From the human T2T-CHM13v2.0 reference genome, Homo sapiens: a stretch of 64,000 nucleotides of DNA. The stretch lies in assembly GCF_009914755.1 (NCBI RefSeq), contig NC_060930.1, one strand, 5' to 3'. The position numbers were made by a program, and so were the translations under genes. The notes beneath the pieces were generated by a model. That model worked only from the letters and a program-made list of their open reading frames with translations. It did not search any database and was not told where the DNA came from. Shown here piece after piece: positions 20,541 to 42,919 of the stretch (within the stretch, counting starts at the first letter, position 1; every line of letters begins with the position of its first letter).

Positions 20541-21132
20541 AGTCTTCCAGCCAGGGCCACAGGCCTCTGAGCCCCAAGGTTCCAGGCCTCAGCTGGGTCC
20601 CAGGGAAACTCTTGTTGATTGGCAAGACTCTTCACCCACTGCCACTTCCTCTATTGCTGAGGTTGCTTTCTGCTTCCAATATTTTGTGTTCTCAAAGCAG
20701 CTGCTACTTCAACCCACACTAAGTTTCTCCAGGGAGTCTTCAATCTTGCTGTGGTAGGGGAGGCATCCATCCACACTCCTACTTACAGCCCCTCTTTTGT
20801 TTTATTGAAGCAGTCTTTCCCTCCTATTCGCACAGTCTCCTCTCCCTAGAAACACACACAAGATTCTCCCGAGCTGAGACAGGGTCAGGTTTTCTTCTTC
20901 ATTCCTCCTTTCCCCCTGAGAAAGAGGCTGTAGAACACATCACCCAACAGCCCATGCAGAACCCCTGTGTCTCAGAAACCAGCTGCACTCAAGAATTGGG
21001 AGAGCTTCATCCTGGCCACAGGAATGGGAATGTACCTCTAGGAACTCATTCTGTGCAATGTGCTCAAGCAGAGGTGGGTCAGATGACCAGGCCTTGGTAT
21101 TTGTAAACATATAGGGTGACAGTTCCTCTTAG

Positions 21133-21593
<461 letters not shown>

Positions 21594-22574
21594 AGCACAA
21601 CCTTTATAGGCAACTGGAGAGGAAGCTGGGAGCCCTACCCTAAAAGAGCTTACAGTATAATGAGGTGCCAAGCCCATTAAATAATAGCATCCTCCTGGAA
21701 CAAGATATTTATGAAACAGGTTCCGTGGCTGCCCCAAGGCTCCAAGCATCTGATTGTATTTATTGTTATTCCACCCCTTGCTGATCCCAGGCTTCAAAGG
21801 TTGATGTATGACTGATCCTAAGAATCCAGCCCTACCAGAATGACCTGTCATCTCCCTTCTGCTGCTTGTTGAATTAGGCAGCTGCTTGTTGAATTAGGTT
21901 ATTAAAATGTCTGCTCAGCCTCTTAGTCAACTTAACTTGGCTTTATTTTGGTGGAAAGCAAATCACTTAGTAGAATTTTGCTTAATTGGTCACTTGGCTC
22001 AGGGTTTGATGACTTTTCCAGTAATATTTGCACGACAAATATATTTTATTTAATTCTTTTCTGAAATAATTCAGCTGACTCTGAATGGTCAAGATGTGCA
22101 AAGCACTGAAGAGGCGCCATGATCCTAGCAGGAGATCTATGGTAATATGAGGGCAGAAAACACGGAAGAGAGACAGCCTGAACACTCACAGGTTTACCAT
22201 AGAGATAAGCAAGAAGTATAACCAGCCACTGTGTCCTCACTATCTTTTTGATCTCTTTCTTGGGTATCTCTGGATCCATCTTTTTCTCTGGATTTCTAAC
22301 CTCCATGTCCCTCTTTCACTTCTTCTGTGGTGTCTCACATGTGTTTGTGTACGTGTGTGTATGCATGCACACATCCAAGTGTATATATGTATCGCACCTT
22401 GGGCAAAATTTAATAATGGTGTTTTGCCACAGTTAAAAAGATATTAAATCCGCCCCCCCCAAAAATGTATAATAATGGGTAACAATATGGCATTTTAAAG
22501 AACTTGCTCTGTAATGGGTCCCAGGCAAAGAACTCTTCAGGTATCATATCAGTTGTTCATCAAAAACTTAGGAG

Positions 22575-23280
<706 letters not shown>

Positions 23281-24209
23281 GATTCTCTTTCTCTAAATGG
23301 TCCCATCAGGAATGGCTTGGTGCTTGTAGTTATGCTGCCTGGGGGGAAAAAAGAGTACAGAATATTCGGTGAGAACTGAAGGTTATTATAATCCAGAAAG
23401 AGTGATGGAGTATAAAGACAACGTCTTTTCAAATAGACTTTGCAAGACTTTCTGCCTTTTCAGTGGTAAAGGCTAAGCAGTGGTTTGCTGGCTTTGCCCT
23501 CTGTGGGTTACAGAAAGGCCTTTGCTTATAAATCCATGGAGCTGAAGGTCACATGAAGGGCTTGCCTGCACTAGCTTATTTACTCTAGGATCAGAATCAA
23601 GACCTCAGTTAATCTCAGTTACACTAGTGTGGCATATTTCCCACCTCCACCCATATCCACCCACTAGTTCTGGCCCCAGATTGTCTCTGAGCTGGCCCTG
23701 CCCACTGGTCAGAACAGATTGGCAAATGATCATTCCTTAGGACAGCCCTGGCTTGTACAACAGGCAGGAATGAGGTCAGAAGAAAGGCTATTGTCCCCAT
23801 ATCCTTGGTAGATGGAGGCTTATGTTACCTTCTCATGTTGCTTTAAAAAAAAAAAAAAAAAGCTAGTTCCTCTCTCCTTGTATTAAAAGACTTAGGGTAT
23901 GAAGGTCAATTGTAAACATTTGACAGGTGACCTTTGCCAGCATGTTGGGTGGGTCAGAGCTCTAAACACATACACACCATGTACGAGGGTATCATTCATT
24001 TCTTGGGCAAAGGAGAACAAAAACTGGCGAGTTTTGAGTAATTAATATCCCATCTTCCATTTAAATGTCAACCTAGGAGTATTCAGTGAGGACATATGAT
24101 GTTCAAGGCACCATGTGGGGGAATGTAGGGAAGTCTGGCAGAGTTTAGAATCCAGTAGAAAATTAAAAATATAAACAAGCATAGTACAGGAAGTACATGG
24201 TAAAACTTA

Positions 24210-24512
<303 letters not shown>

Positions 24513-24564
24513 TTAGCCTCTAGAATCAAAAAAGCCTCAGTGCAAATCTCTGCTGTATCTATTT

Positions 24565-26480
<1,916 letters not shown>

Positions 26481-26536
26481 GAAGAAAAAAGAAGCAATAC
26501 TCTAGATAGTACTTAGTCATCAAAAACCATGAAGGT

Positions 26537-26706
26537 GGTCAGGCGTGGTGGCTCATGCCTGTAATCTCAGTGCTTTGGAAGGCTGAGGTGGGAGGATTGC
26601 TTGAGCCTAGGAGTTTGAGGCTGCACTGAGCTATAAATCATGTCACTGTACTCCAGCCTGGGTGACAGAGTGAGATCCTGCTATTAATAACAACAACAAC
26701 AACCAA
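26537..26706 (+). mobile_element. free Alu monomer (FAM/FRAM)
   Basis: Single arm with TSD aaaaa(c/g)catgaagg. Confidence 0.8.
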
Positions 26707-26734
26707 AAAGCATGAAGGCAATATTTTGAAAATT

Positions 26735-26890
26735 GTGCTCTGGCACTTAAAGCTGAGTGAATGACCATAGACAAGCTTCTTAACCTTTAGAAATACCCAT
26801 TTCCTCATCTCTAAAGTGAAAACAGAATTAGTAGAAGCACTGAATAAAAATATGCTCTGAGAATTAAACTACCTAATGCATAAAGTAAAA
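26735..26890 (+). mobile_element. MIR fragment
   Basis: cttaaccttt...tttcctcatctctaaagtga core. Confidence 0.6.
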
Positions 26891-27004
26891 TTTGCTAAAG
26901 TTTATTGACCATTTACTCTACGCTAGGTTTTAGATGTGCCTTTATATTCATTATATAAGTTAATTCCAGCCTTAGGAGATAGGTTCTATTGTCCTATAGG
27001 GATA

Positions 27005-27046
27005 AGAAGAGGAGGAGAAGGAGGAGAAGGAGGAGGAGAAGGAGGC
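27005..27046. repeat. (GGA/GAA)n purine trinucleotide repeat
   Basis: Directly visible. Confidence 0.8.
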
Positions 27047-28909
27047 TGTGGCTGTTGCTAGATGAGAAGAGACAGTCAAGAAAAGCTTCCTGGGGAGGTG
27101 GCATCAGATTGTGTCTTAAAGGACAGGTAGAAGTGTCAACAGAGATTCAGTGGGATGTGCAAGGATTGAGGAGGGAGATTCACTAAATGACACCAGCAAG
27201 ACAAAACAACACCCCTTCCCAACAAAAAAGAAGTCTTAGGAGTTAGTGGCAGAGAGAGGAGAGACCAACTGAGCCAAACCTCAAACTTGGGCACAGATAT
27301 TGTAGAAGTGGGGAACTACATTAGCAGAGACTAGGAGGGAAGCTTACAGAAGCTGACATGATGTCCTGATTTGGACATACTATTCCTAATGTCCAGATCT
27401 TTGGAAAAGAGCTTTCATAATCTCCTGTATACCCATTCTGGTGTCTTAGTATTCACCCGGAGAAAATTCATTAAGTGCAAATCCTCTTGGCTGCACTTTT
27501 CCTTCATGTTTATTTGTGAATGCAAGTGGGGGATGGCTCAAGAGTAGCTTCAAGCTATTACTTTCCCTACTAATTGGGGTACATCACATATTTTTCCATG
27601 TCCTGTGATTCCTGGGGCATGGTATTTAAATGTTCTTCTGGGTAGAAAATACTGCTGCAAAACTATTCAAAAAGATTTCTGGCAAAGAAGGGTAGGAGAG
27701 GGTGGTGGGAGAGGGAGGACATTGAATCAAATGGTTCTTTGTTTCTATAAATACACAAACCTATGTCGAGACTTTTTACCCTTCCACTGCCCCCACTACC
27801 CCTCAACAGGTGGCACGAGCTCGATGACATTTGTAGAGCAGATGGCATGTCATTTTAATGCTGTTTCTAATTGACAGGGGCCTCGGTGGCTGTGGCACGT
27901 GCGGCTGCATGCCGGGTGTAGGGTGGGGAATGGAATTAGATACTGCTACCTGCTCCTTCTGGCGGAGAACTGGGAGCTGTAATTGTGTCAACTGGCTTGA
28001 ACACATTGCATTAATTCCTCATCAGAGGACTTATTTTGCTGGTTTTATTTCCCTTAACTTGCTAATCCTTCCCTCCCCCTTGCATAGCTCTGATTTTTGG
28101 TCAACTTCAACAAGGAAACCTTGTTCCTCTGAAAATCACCTTTAGCATAAGCTCAGTGTTTTCCTGTCCAGATTTTCATAAGCAAGTCAGGTTGCATTCA
28201 ATTTACACCAGAAACAAGCTTTTGCGTCTCAGACATGGTCTAGAGAGAAAACAAAAAGGAGTGGGATGTAGCCCAAGCGACACTGGGAGCCTTACCAGGT
28301 ATTCTAATCAGAGGATAAACAACATGGAGTTAGAAGTCCTGTCCCGGAGCAGCCATTATTTTTGTAATTCTCACTTTAAAAGCCATATGGTGAGTGGATG
28401 CAGCCCCACTTCCTGTGGTGAACTCATGCAACTCCAAGGCCACAGCTACACACTTCCCCACTCAGTATCCACAAGGAGCTCATTCTAATTCTAATCAGAA
28501 TACTTTTGTTTATACAAAACAAAAAGTACTTGATCAATTGAGAAATGGCCCTTTAAACTGTATCAGGTTCCCTTCAATCATTCAGCTTCTTGAAGAAAAC
28601 AAATCCCAATTATTAATCATATCCTATTAGATCAGATTTGAAAACAATTTATATGGTAATGAGGAATTTACTGAGCCCGCTGAATGCATTATGTTGTGCC
28701 TGAATCTAGGAGTTATTTCTAAGACATTCACGGTCATTTCCCTCTAATCTACAGCATAAGTTTCAGTTTAGGCCCTCAAACAAAAGTTTGGAAATAGGCA
28801 TTCTTTGTATTTTCTTTCTTGCGTCTCCACCCAACATCATTACTGTCTTTAGTTCAAGAGGAGGGACAAGAACGAGAAGGTGGGTTTAGAATTCCTTTTG
28901 CTCCCCTAA

Positions 28910-29248
<339 letters not shown>

Positions 29249-29796
29249 TAAAGCAGTTAATGATCTGCAAGCATGTAAGGGATTAAATTAGCTACTATTT
29301 ATTACTGTTATTAAATAGAATTTAAATGAAAAATTGAATAACAACCATGATCATATATTGACTGTGACTGCTCCCTTTATGCCAGATAGAGATTATAGTA
29401 AGCACTTTTCCACATAATAATTTTTAAAGTAGCTAATATGTTTTTATTGATCATTTGCTATGTGGCACTCATGGTGTTTAGTTCTTTGCAAACTAACTTT
29501 TTTATTTGTCTTATCAACACTATGTCAGAGACTCTGTTATTGACCCCATTTAATAACTAAGAAAGTGAACCTTAGAGAGTAACTTGCTGGGAGTTGAAGT
29601 TTGTCTGAAGCCAAAGCCAATCTGTTCAACCACTACCTTAGATTCCTTGATGAATCTTTAAAAGACCGTACTTTTTTATGATGCAGGTAACCCCGCTAGT
29701 TGATCAGTTTTATATAAATTCAAACTTTCTTAAATTTAAGAGATTTCCTCGCTTTAGTTATGGGAGCTTTCTTACCCTGTCAAAATCTCAAAACTA

Positions 29797-30092
29797 GGCC
29801 AGGCACAGTGGCTCCTGCCTGTAATCTCAGTACTTTGGGAGGCCCAGGCGAGAGGATTGCTTGAGCCCAGGAATTCGAGACCTGCCTGGGCAACATAGTG
29901 AGACCCCATCTCTACAGAAAAATTAAAAATTAGCTGGGTGTGGTGGTGCACACTTGTAGTCCCAGCTGTTCAGGAGGCTGAGATAGAAGGATCACTTGAG
30001 CCTGGGAGGTCGAGGTTTCAGTGAGCCATGATTTTGCCACTACACTCCAGCCTGAGCCATAGATCAAGACCCTGTGTCAAGGAAAAAATAAA
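29797..30092 (+). mobile_element. AluJ
   Basis: TSD ctc(a/g)aaacta. Confidence 0.85.
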
Positions 30093-31590
30093 AGCCTCGA
30101 AACTAAGACCAGCCTGCCACACCCATGGGCATTTCAACCTTCCTAAATCCCTGTGCTATGACCAATAGATTCTTCCCCTCACAGCCTTGAGATACAGTCC
30201 TCCTTTTGTTCATTGATTTCCTGGAGCACCAATGTTTTGAAAATAGAATCAAAACATAGTCCAAACATTACTTCTGCCTAGCTTGATGTAAAACCTTTAT
30301 TATTTTTCCAAATGATTTACTGAGAATATAATATTACTGGAGTCAGAGTGCAATGTTTACAATTTCTTGTCAAGTTTTACCCTTATCTAGGTGTTCCCAG
30401 TTGGCAGCAGCTTCCACAGTCTTCCCTCTGTTTCTGCTGTTTTCAATGAGAGAGGCTGAGAGGGAACCCACCAGAGTCCCAAGCATAGGCAGCGTGGGGC
30501 AGACTGGCCTCTTTATTTGTAATGCACTGAATATGAAGGGAGCCACTCTGAAGCTGTTTTCTGTGTAGACAGGATATGATGATAATAGCACAAATAAAAG
30601 TTCATGTATTCCAGCCAGGGACAAATTAAGTGGGTACAGAGCATAGATATATGTCACACTGTTATTGACTTCGAACAGCACACGGCCCGCTTCAGGGCAT
30701 CATGCCCAGATTAATTGGCTTGCCCAGAATGCATCTATGATTAGAAGAAAGCTCTCAGGAAATGCTGGGCAGCGCATTATCTGGAGTCTCCATTTTTCTC
30801 CTCCTAGGCACTGAAAGTTAGACATTTTGTTTTATACACCAAGAGAGTAGTGGCATTTGACACCATTGGTTTATGAAATGTTTTGCTGTTTTTTCTTCAT
30901 AGATTATAAATGTTTTTCAGAGCAATCAGTCACCATATGTTGAGATGATACAGGTAGTATTTATGATTGCTATACAGAGGTGCCTCAGCTCTGGTATGTC
31001 AGGGGTTATAGAATTATGAGAAAAGGTGTGTATCTTGGGTGCAAATGTGCATGAAAGATCAAAATGAAGCTCTTTGTCATATATGAGCTACTGAAATAGA
31101 AGAACCTCTGAGACTGCTGTGCTTAAAACTACTGCCATTTCTGCCTTGAAGAATATAATGGTGATCAGACATGGCACCTGGCTGACTTTGCACTCCATTC
31201 TGAGTTAGCTGGAAAGGGAAGGAATCAGGAGAAATAGCCAACAGCACAAAACAACTTCAAAAATAGTGGCTTTCATTGGAAAATCTAGAGATGAATAGCA
31301 AAGAAGGTAGACTCTGTATCCAAGAAAAATCAAGGGTGAAATTGCTTATATTACTGACCAAAGGCTAAATACTTCTCTTGGATGAAGACAAGAAATTCCA
31401 GTGGTCTCTACTGAACCCTTGCATGCGTAAGCCAGTGATAAAATTTGGTCCAATAAAGAGCTCTTGTTCATCTGTGACACCATGTTTATCATGAAACCTG
31501 GAAAACCAGGAAAGTTAAACACTATGGGTGGATCAAAAGAAGTGGTTCCTGAATATTTGTTATTATTTAGGAGGTTTGAGAAAATATTGA

Positions 31591-31899
<309 letters not shown>

Positions 31900-32645
31900 A
31901 AGGAAAAAAATTTTTAATGGGACTCCCAACATCTTGCTTTTGTTGGATACTGGATCCATTCAGGTTCCATTCATGAAATATTTGCCATAGTGCATTGCTG
32001 CCTTTTTGGAAATGCTATAATATCTCAACCTTTAGCAACGCATTCCATTATTTAACAGTGAGGCATTCAGGAACTATCATAAGTTATGTGAAAGGTTGTG
32101 TTTTCTGAAACTGTTGAGAAAAGAACCCTTGTCTCTCAGCTTCAGGAACTCAGTCATTTTAATACTAGCAAGTATTTACATAAAGAATCTAAAAGCCCAG
32201 GACTTAGACTGAGAATTCATCCCCATGCATCACACAGAGACCTTTTGGTCTAAGGCACTAGTATCGTGGCCCTCAGTTTCTGCCACTGTCATTCATGGAG
32301 GCATTCATTCATTCTTTCATTCACCAGACCAATTTTTAGAACACTTCTATGTCTGGCTGGCATTGAATTTGTCTCCATGAATGCTTGAGTCTGGAAACAG
32401 ACAAACAGCAGGCATGTTTTGCCAGGCAATGAATAGGTAGCATTACAAAATATTTAATATACAGGGCAGTACCTGTATACAGTAAATAATCAGTGTTCTT
32501 TATTAACATTATGCTTATCATTAAACAGCATAGTAACAGTATAGAAAAATTTTCAGATAGTTTAGTTCAAAATCATATCATCTGAATGCATCAACAGCTT
32601 TCATTTGACATTCATTTATTTGTTTGTTCAAAAAATATTTATTGA

Positions 32646-33023
<378 letters not shown>

Positions 33024-33152
33024 TATACTACTAATTTCTTAAAATTTTTCACACAGAGAATATTTTCCCATGCTGTTACATATTTTATACGGTTTTAACA
33101 ATTTAATCTGTAGATATTATTCCTTCAAGACATCATATCATCATTTATTTGA

Positions 33153-33509
<357 letters not shown>

Positions 33510-33570
33510 CATTTATCTTTTTTTACCCCCTTCAATTTGGAGTTAAGGAACCTGGGAGATTGTGAATCAC

Positions 33571-34415
33571 CGTAGTCCTCCCTTATTCATGGTTTCTTTT
33601 TCCTCAATTTTAGTTACCCACATTTTAGTCCTAAAATATTAAATGGAAAACTCAATAAATAAATATGTATAAGATTTTTGTTTTTTTGTTTTGTTTTTTG
33701 TTTTTTTGAGATGGAGTTTTGCTCTTGTTGCCCAGGCTGGAGTGCAATGGCATGATCTCGGCTCACCACAACCTCCCCTCCCGGGTTCAAGCAATTCCCA
33801 GCCTCAGGCTCCCGAGTAGCTGGGATTGCAGGCATGCGCCACCACGCCCACCTAATTTTGTATTTTTGGTAGACACAGGGTTTCTCCATGTTGGTCAGGC
33901 TGGTCTCGAATTCCCGATCTCAGGTGATCCGCAAGTCTTGGCCTCCCAAAGTACTGGGATTACAGGCATGAGCCACCGCACCCGGCCCGATGTATAAGTT
34001 TTAAATTGCACGCCATTCTGAGGGACATAATGAAATCTTGTGCTGTCCAGCAACATCCCTCCCAGGATGTGACTCCTCCCTCTGTCCATTGTACCCATGT
34101 GGTCTACACAGTAGTTGTTTAGTAGCTGACTCAGTTATCAGATTGACTATCACCATACTGCTGTTGAAGTGACCCTTATTTTGCCTCATGATGGCCCCAA
34201 AGTACAAGAGCAGTGATGCTGGCATATGGTTATAATTGTTCTATTTTATCGTTAGTTGTTAATGTATTACTGTGCCTAAGTTATAAATTAAACTTTATCA
34301 TAAGTATGTATGTATGAGAAAAAACATAATATCTATAGGGTTCAGCACCATCCATGGTTTCAGGAATTCACTGGGGGTTGGGGAATCTATCCCCTAAGGA
34401 TAAAGGGAGAATACT
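33571..34415. mobile_element. MER44 (Tigger7-derived) DNA transposon, interrupted by minus AluSp (33675-33989)
   Basis: TIR-like ends gtagtcctcccttattc...ggataaagggagaatact; Alu TSD atgtataag. Confidence 0.75.
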
Positions 34416-35234
34416 TTACTTCAGATCGCAGAGCCTGTGGAAAGATCTGGACAAGACCCTCTGAAAAGAGCTGATTGGTGCTGCTGCTAGAAAATATCAA
34501 GGTACATTATTGGTGTATGGGCCACCCCCCTTGATAGCGGCACCGCTTCTGGCTGGCCTTTGGGCAGGTATGACCTTCACATTAGTGAAGTGTTCCAAAT
34601 TTTACTCCCTCTCTCCCTAATGTGTGTATTCTGTTACAGCAGGCTTTGGAATCATCTACTCAGCCAAGGGACTGTCCCTGGTACATGGTGCTCTTCAAAA
34701 TAAAGTGAAGATTACCATCCCAAAGAGGACATTAGGAAGAACCAAAAGACAAAGGGTGGGTTCTTTCAGGTCTTTAAGTCCAACCTCCTTCGCTTACAGC
34801 CTACAAGGTGGAAAGTGTTTGACCATCCATCTGCCTTGAGCTTTGGGTTCAGCCATTCTCCCACTTGTATTGGTCTGGAACTCCTGGGCTCAAGAGATTC
34901 TCCTCCTCCAGCCTCCCAAAGTGTTGGTATTACAGGCGTGAGCCACCGTACCCAGACTTCACTTGTGTTTTTTAAAACAGAGAGCTTCAAGTCCCTCCAA
35001 CACTTAATGTCATTTTATGTCTTTGTGCCTTTGCTCCCATTGTTCTCATAGTCTGAGTCCAGTTTAGCCACCACATGGCTGAGTAATTTTGATTCTTCCT
35101 TCAGTACTTCTTACTAACTCAGATGAAGCCTCTTACAAGAAGTCTTCCATAATGCCTCAAGGCTGCACTAACCGTCCAGTCTCTTTGTTCATAAAGCACC
35201 TTGTGCGTTCCTTTATCACACAGGATTGATAGTA

Positions 35235-35792
<558 letters not shown>

Positions 35793-36242
35793 CTTATGTG
35801 TCTGTCTCCCTCACTAGACTAAGCTCATCAAAATCAGGATTTACAACTTATTTTCACATTCCCAATGCTTAGCACAAAATAGACACTTAGTAAGTATTTA
35901 TTGAACTGAAATCCATCGAAGATGGTCTAGGCATAGCATCAGGGAAATGTAATTAGAATGCAGTCCTTACCTCCTTACTTAGAAGGTCTGATCAATTCTG
36001 TTGTTATGATTGGGTAAGAAAAATGTGTTAATAGGAAAGGAGGAGTCTATTTGATCTTTAAAAGAGAAAACTCCTACAGTGATAATTTCTTCTATGTGTA
36101 AATTTTTAACTTTCATATATAAATGGTATACATATACATTTATTAAAATATATGTATAAATGATGGTGATAATAATATTACCACATTCATCTCCTCTGGA
36201 ATCTTGGTCTAACAGTAGCATCTCTTAAATCTTCCATCTCTC

Positions 36243-36558
36243 AGCCGGGCACAGTGGCCCATGCCTGTAATCCTAGCACTTTGGGAGGCCGAGGCAAGCA
36301 GATCATTTGAGGTCAGGAGTTCGAGACCAGCCTGGCCAACATGGTGAAACTCCATCTCTACTAAAAATACAACAATTAGCCAGGCATGGTGGCGGGTGCC
36401 TGTAATCCCAGCTACTTGGGAGGCTGAGGGCATGAGAATCAGTTGAACCCGGGAAGTGGAGATTGCATTGAGCCGAGACTGCGCCACTGCACTCCAGCCT
36501 GGGCAATAGAGCAAGACTCAGTCTCAAATAAAATAAAATAATAAAATAAAATAAAAAG
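36243..36558 (+). mobile_element. AluS
   Basis: TSD cttccatct. Confidence 0.88.
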
Positions 36559-37039
36559 AAACCTTCCATCTGTCCTTCTCTACATAGTTCTTTTCGGCTT
36601 AATTTATAAATTTGCTCAACTCTTTCACATTCTTAACCATCTTCTTGGGCTTCTTCACATTTGTTTACCTATTTTTCTCCCAGTCATCCTTCAGTCCGTT
36701 GCAATCCAGTTTCTACTCCTTCCCCTGACCCTGAAATTGCAGAGGCTGGGTAGGGTTACCATTGACTCCAAAATGCATGCTCAGCTGACGTTTCTTGCTG
36801 CTGTGACTCTTCTCTTGCTTTGGACACTGCGGATCCCTTACTCCTTGCTGTCATTCTCACCTCCCTTGGCATCATGCCATGATAATTCTCCTACTTCTAG
36901 AACCAGTCTCTCTCTCTCTCAGACATTGTGTCATTTTTCTTCATTCTTTTGACTCTGATGTTCTCCATCTTTTGCCTTTCACAGTTTTCCATTCTCACTT
37001 ACACAGAGGGGTTTCATCCGTGACCACCCATCCAAATCA

Positions 37040-37632
<593 letters not shown>

Positions 37633-38018
37633 CTGTCTTGTCTCCATTGGTGATTTCCTTTATCAAATACATATGAATCTCTACTATGGGCCAGGCTGAC
37701 GCTGGTCACTGGAGTATTAGCAGTGAGTAAGACTCCATGGCCCCTCCCTTCACAGAGCTTGCAATTAATCATGAGAGATCCAACTCAGTAAGCAATTACA
37801 AAGAAGTAGGATAACTGCTGTGATAGGAAAATAGCTGGGTGTTACAGAGATGCAGAGGAGGCTGAGAAAGGCCAGGGAAAGCTTCCTGGATGACATCCAT
37901 GCACGTTGATACCAATTAAAGGGAGGCACTGCTCAGGCATACATGAGCCACATGTATGGAGGCTACATGTGTGACCCACATGAATAGAAGACTGAGGCTC
38001 TCCATTAAAAACAAGCAT

Positions 38019-38340
<322 letters not shown>

Positions 38341-38459
38341 TCAAGAATGGCAAATGGGAGGGCAGCAGGCTGGAAGGATCAGGTGATGAAGAACTGAGGA
38401 GAAGAGTGGTAGAAAATCATTTAAGGATTCCTTTGTAGTCAGGACACATCTCTGGCCCA

Positions 38460-38765
38460 AACTGCTCTCCTGAGTTCTAGATTATCCATGAGCTGTGGAC
38501 ATGGTTATTCCAAAAACAGTTAAAATTCCACACAAGTCAAACTGGACTCATTCTTTTCCCTCTCAAACCTGCTCCCACATCTGTGTTCCCTGCCTCAGTG
38601 AGTAGCACTGTCCCCTGCCTGGTTGCACAAGCCAGAAACCTGACATTAGCCTTGATTCCTTCCCTTTCTCCAACTCTGCCATCCAATGAATCACCCAGTC
38701 CTTCCAATTCAGCTTGGGAGTGTTCTCAGATTCTTCTTCTCCACTCCAGCCTTATAGCCATTGCT
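38460..38765 (+). mobile_element. L2 fragment
   Basis: tcaaacctgctccc...tgttccctgcctcagtga...caagccagaaacctg motif. Confidence 0.65.
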
Positions 38766-38921
38766 CTTGCTGTCTTCCTCCAAGTTCTCAGCTGCAGAAA
38801 AAAGTAGATTCTTTAGTGTTTTCTTTTTAAGGTATTTATTAAGATACATAGATGGCTTGAATTTTTGGGAAGAATAAAGAAATAGACTCTGGGCTGAGCT
38901 TTCAGGAATAATGCAATTTTA

Positions 38922-39031
38922 TAGGATGACTAACAGTCCTAGTTAGCCTGAGTATGAGGGCTTTTCAGAATGCAGGATTTCCGGTGCTAAAACTGTGGTA
39001 GTTCTGGTCAAACTAGGACGGCTGGGCACCC
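38922..39031. mobile_element. MER81-like hAT-Blackjack MITE
   Basis: aggatgactaacagtcctagtt...aaactaggacggctgggcaccct inverted termini. Confidence 0.6.
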
Positions 39032-39239
39032 TAAGTCTGCTAACTCACCCGGAACTGGGCCACCGATGCCTCTGCTGCCATCAGGCAGCCTCCAAATCAG
39101 GAAGCCAGTGCTGTGGGATGATGGTGCTTCTGCTTCCATCTGTGCCAGCCACATGTGCACTGAGCTACTCCCCAGTTACCAATAAAAGCCTTAGGCAATT
39201 GTGTTAACTTGGTAGAACCTCAGTTCCATCCTTGACCTC

Positions 39240-40017
<778 letters not shown>

Positions 40018-40224
40018 TAGGTGAGCCAATCCACAGTATTTGCCCCGATGCCATGGTAACCTCTTGCCTGGATTAGTAGCATGACTCTTGCAAATTGTCT
40101 TGTCTCAAATTTCATCTTCTTCTAGGTTAGGTTCCTTATGGCCATTAATTTTTAAATGAACCTACATGAGGCAGGTTAGCATTTCCCCATTTATAATCCT
40201 CAGTGATTCCACATTGCTCTTGAA

Positions 40225-40957
<733 letters not shown>

Positions 40958-41389
40958 GCCATATTGCTCTTATCACAGTAACTGTTAAAACATAATGAGA
41001 TTTTATCATTCACTCGGATTACTACTCAGCTTTCCTTGCTTGAAGGATAAAAGAGGGTGAAGTTAGAGCAATGCATGCCACTAAATGAGGCATACATAAT
41101 AAAATCCGCCCTCCGAGCTTGGCATATGGGGCCATACTCATTACTGCTTCCTACCTCCACCGTCACATCCTGCCCTCCACACTAGGACTTTACAATCTTT
41201 AACATCTCCAGACTTTTCCTTTTGCCTTGAAAATCTTTCCTTTTACTTCCCCTACTGGCTGGTGAATCTTGTGCTCCTCAATCCCTTTGTAAGGGGTTCA
41301 ACCCCTTCATGAACAATTCTTGCTCCTCACCAATATTGGCCATTCTCTCCTCTGAGCACCTCTTTATGGGGTATGTATGCCTATTATTT

Positions 41390-41525
41390 ACTTTTCTATC
41401 TCCTTTACTAGACTAAGTGATCCTGAACTCCAGACCTGGCACATGTGAGACATAATTGGTCCTCAATCAGTATTTGTTACATGGAGGAACGAACGGACGA
41501 ATGAATGAATGAATGAATGAATGAC
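41390..41525 (+). mobile_element. L2 3' end with (GAAT)n
   Basis: cctggcacat...tatttgtt...gaatgaatgaatga. Confidence 0.65.
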
Positions 41526-41538
41526 ACATACAATATAA

Positions 41539-42258
<720 letters not shown>

Positions 42259-42571
42259 TTAGAGAATTATACGTGAAGTGTTTTATGGCAGTTTTTCGTT
42301 TAAGGGATGGGGTCTCACTTTGTTGCCTAGGCTGAAGTGCGGTGACTACTCACACATGCGATTAGAGCACACTGCAGCCTTGAACGGTTGGCCTCGAGTG
42401 ATTCTCCAGCCTTAACCTCCCAAGTAGTTGGGACTACAGGCGTGCTGTGCCTGGCTATTTTATGGTACTTTTAAACAGCTTTTAAAAATTACTTTCTTAT
42501 GTAGGTTAAAGACCTTCTCAGTTCTCTTCAAGTTATATCCTAGTAATTTAATTATTAGTTAAAAATAGTGA

Positions 42572-42919
<348 letters not shown>

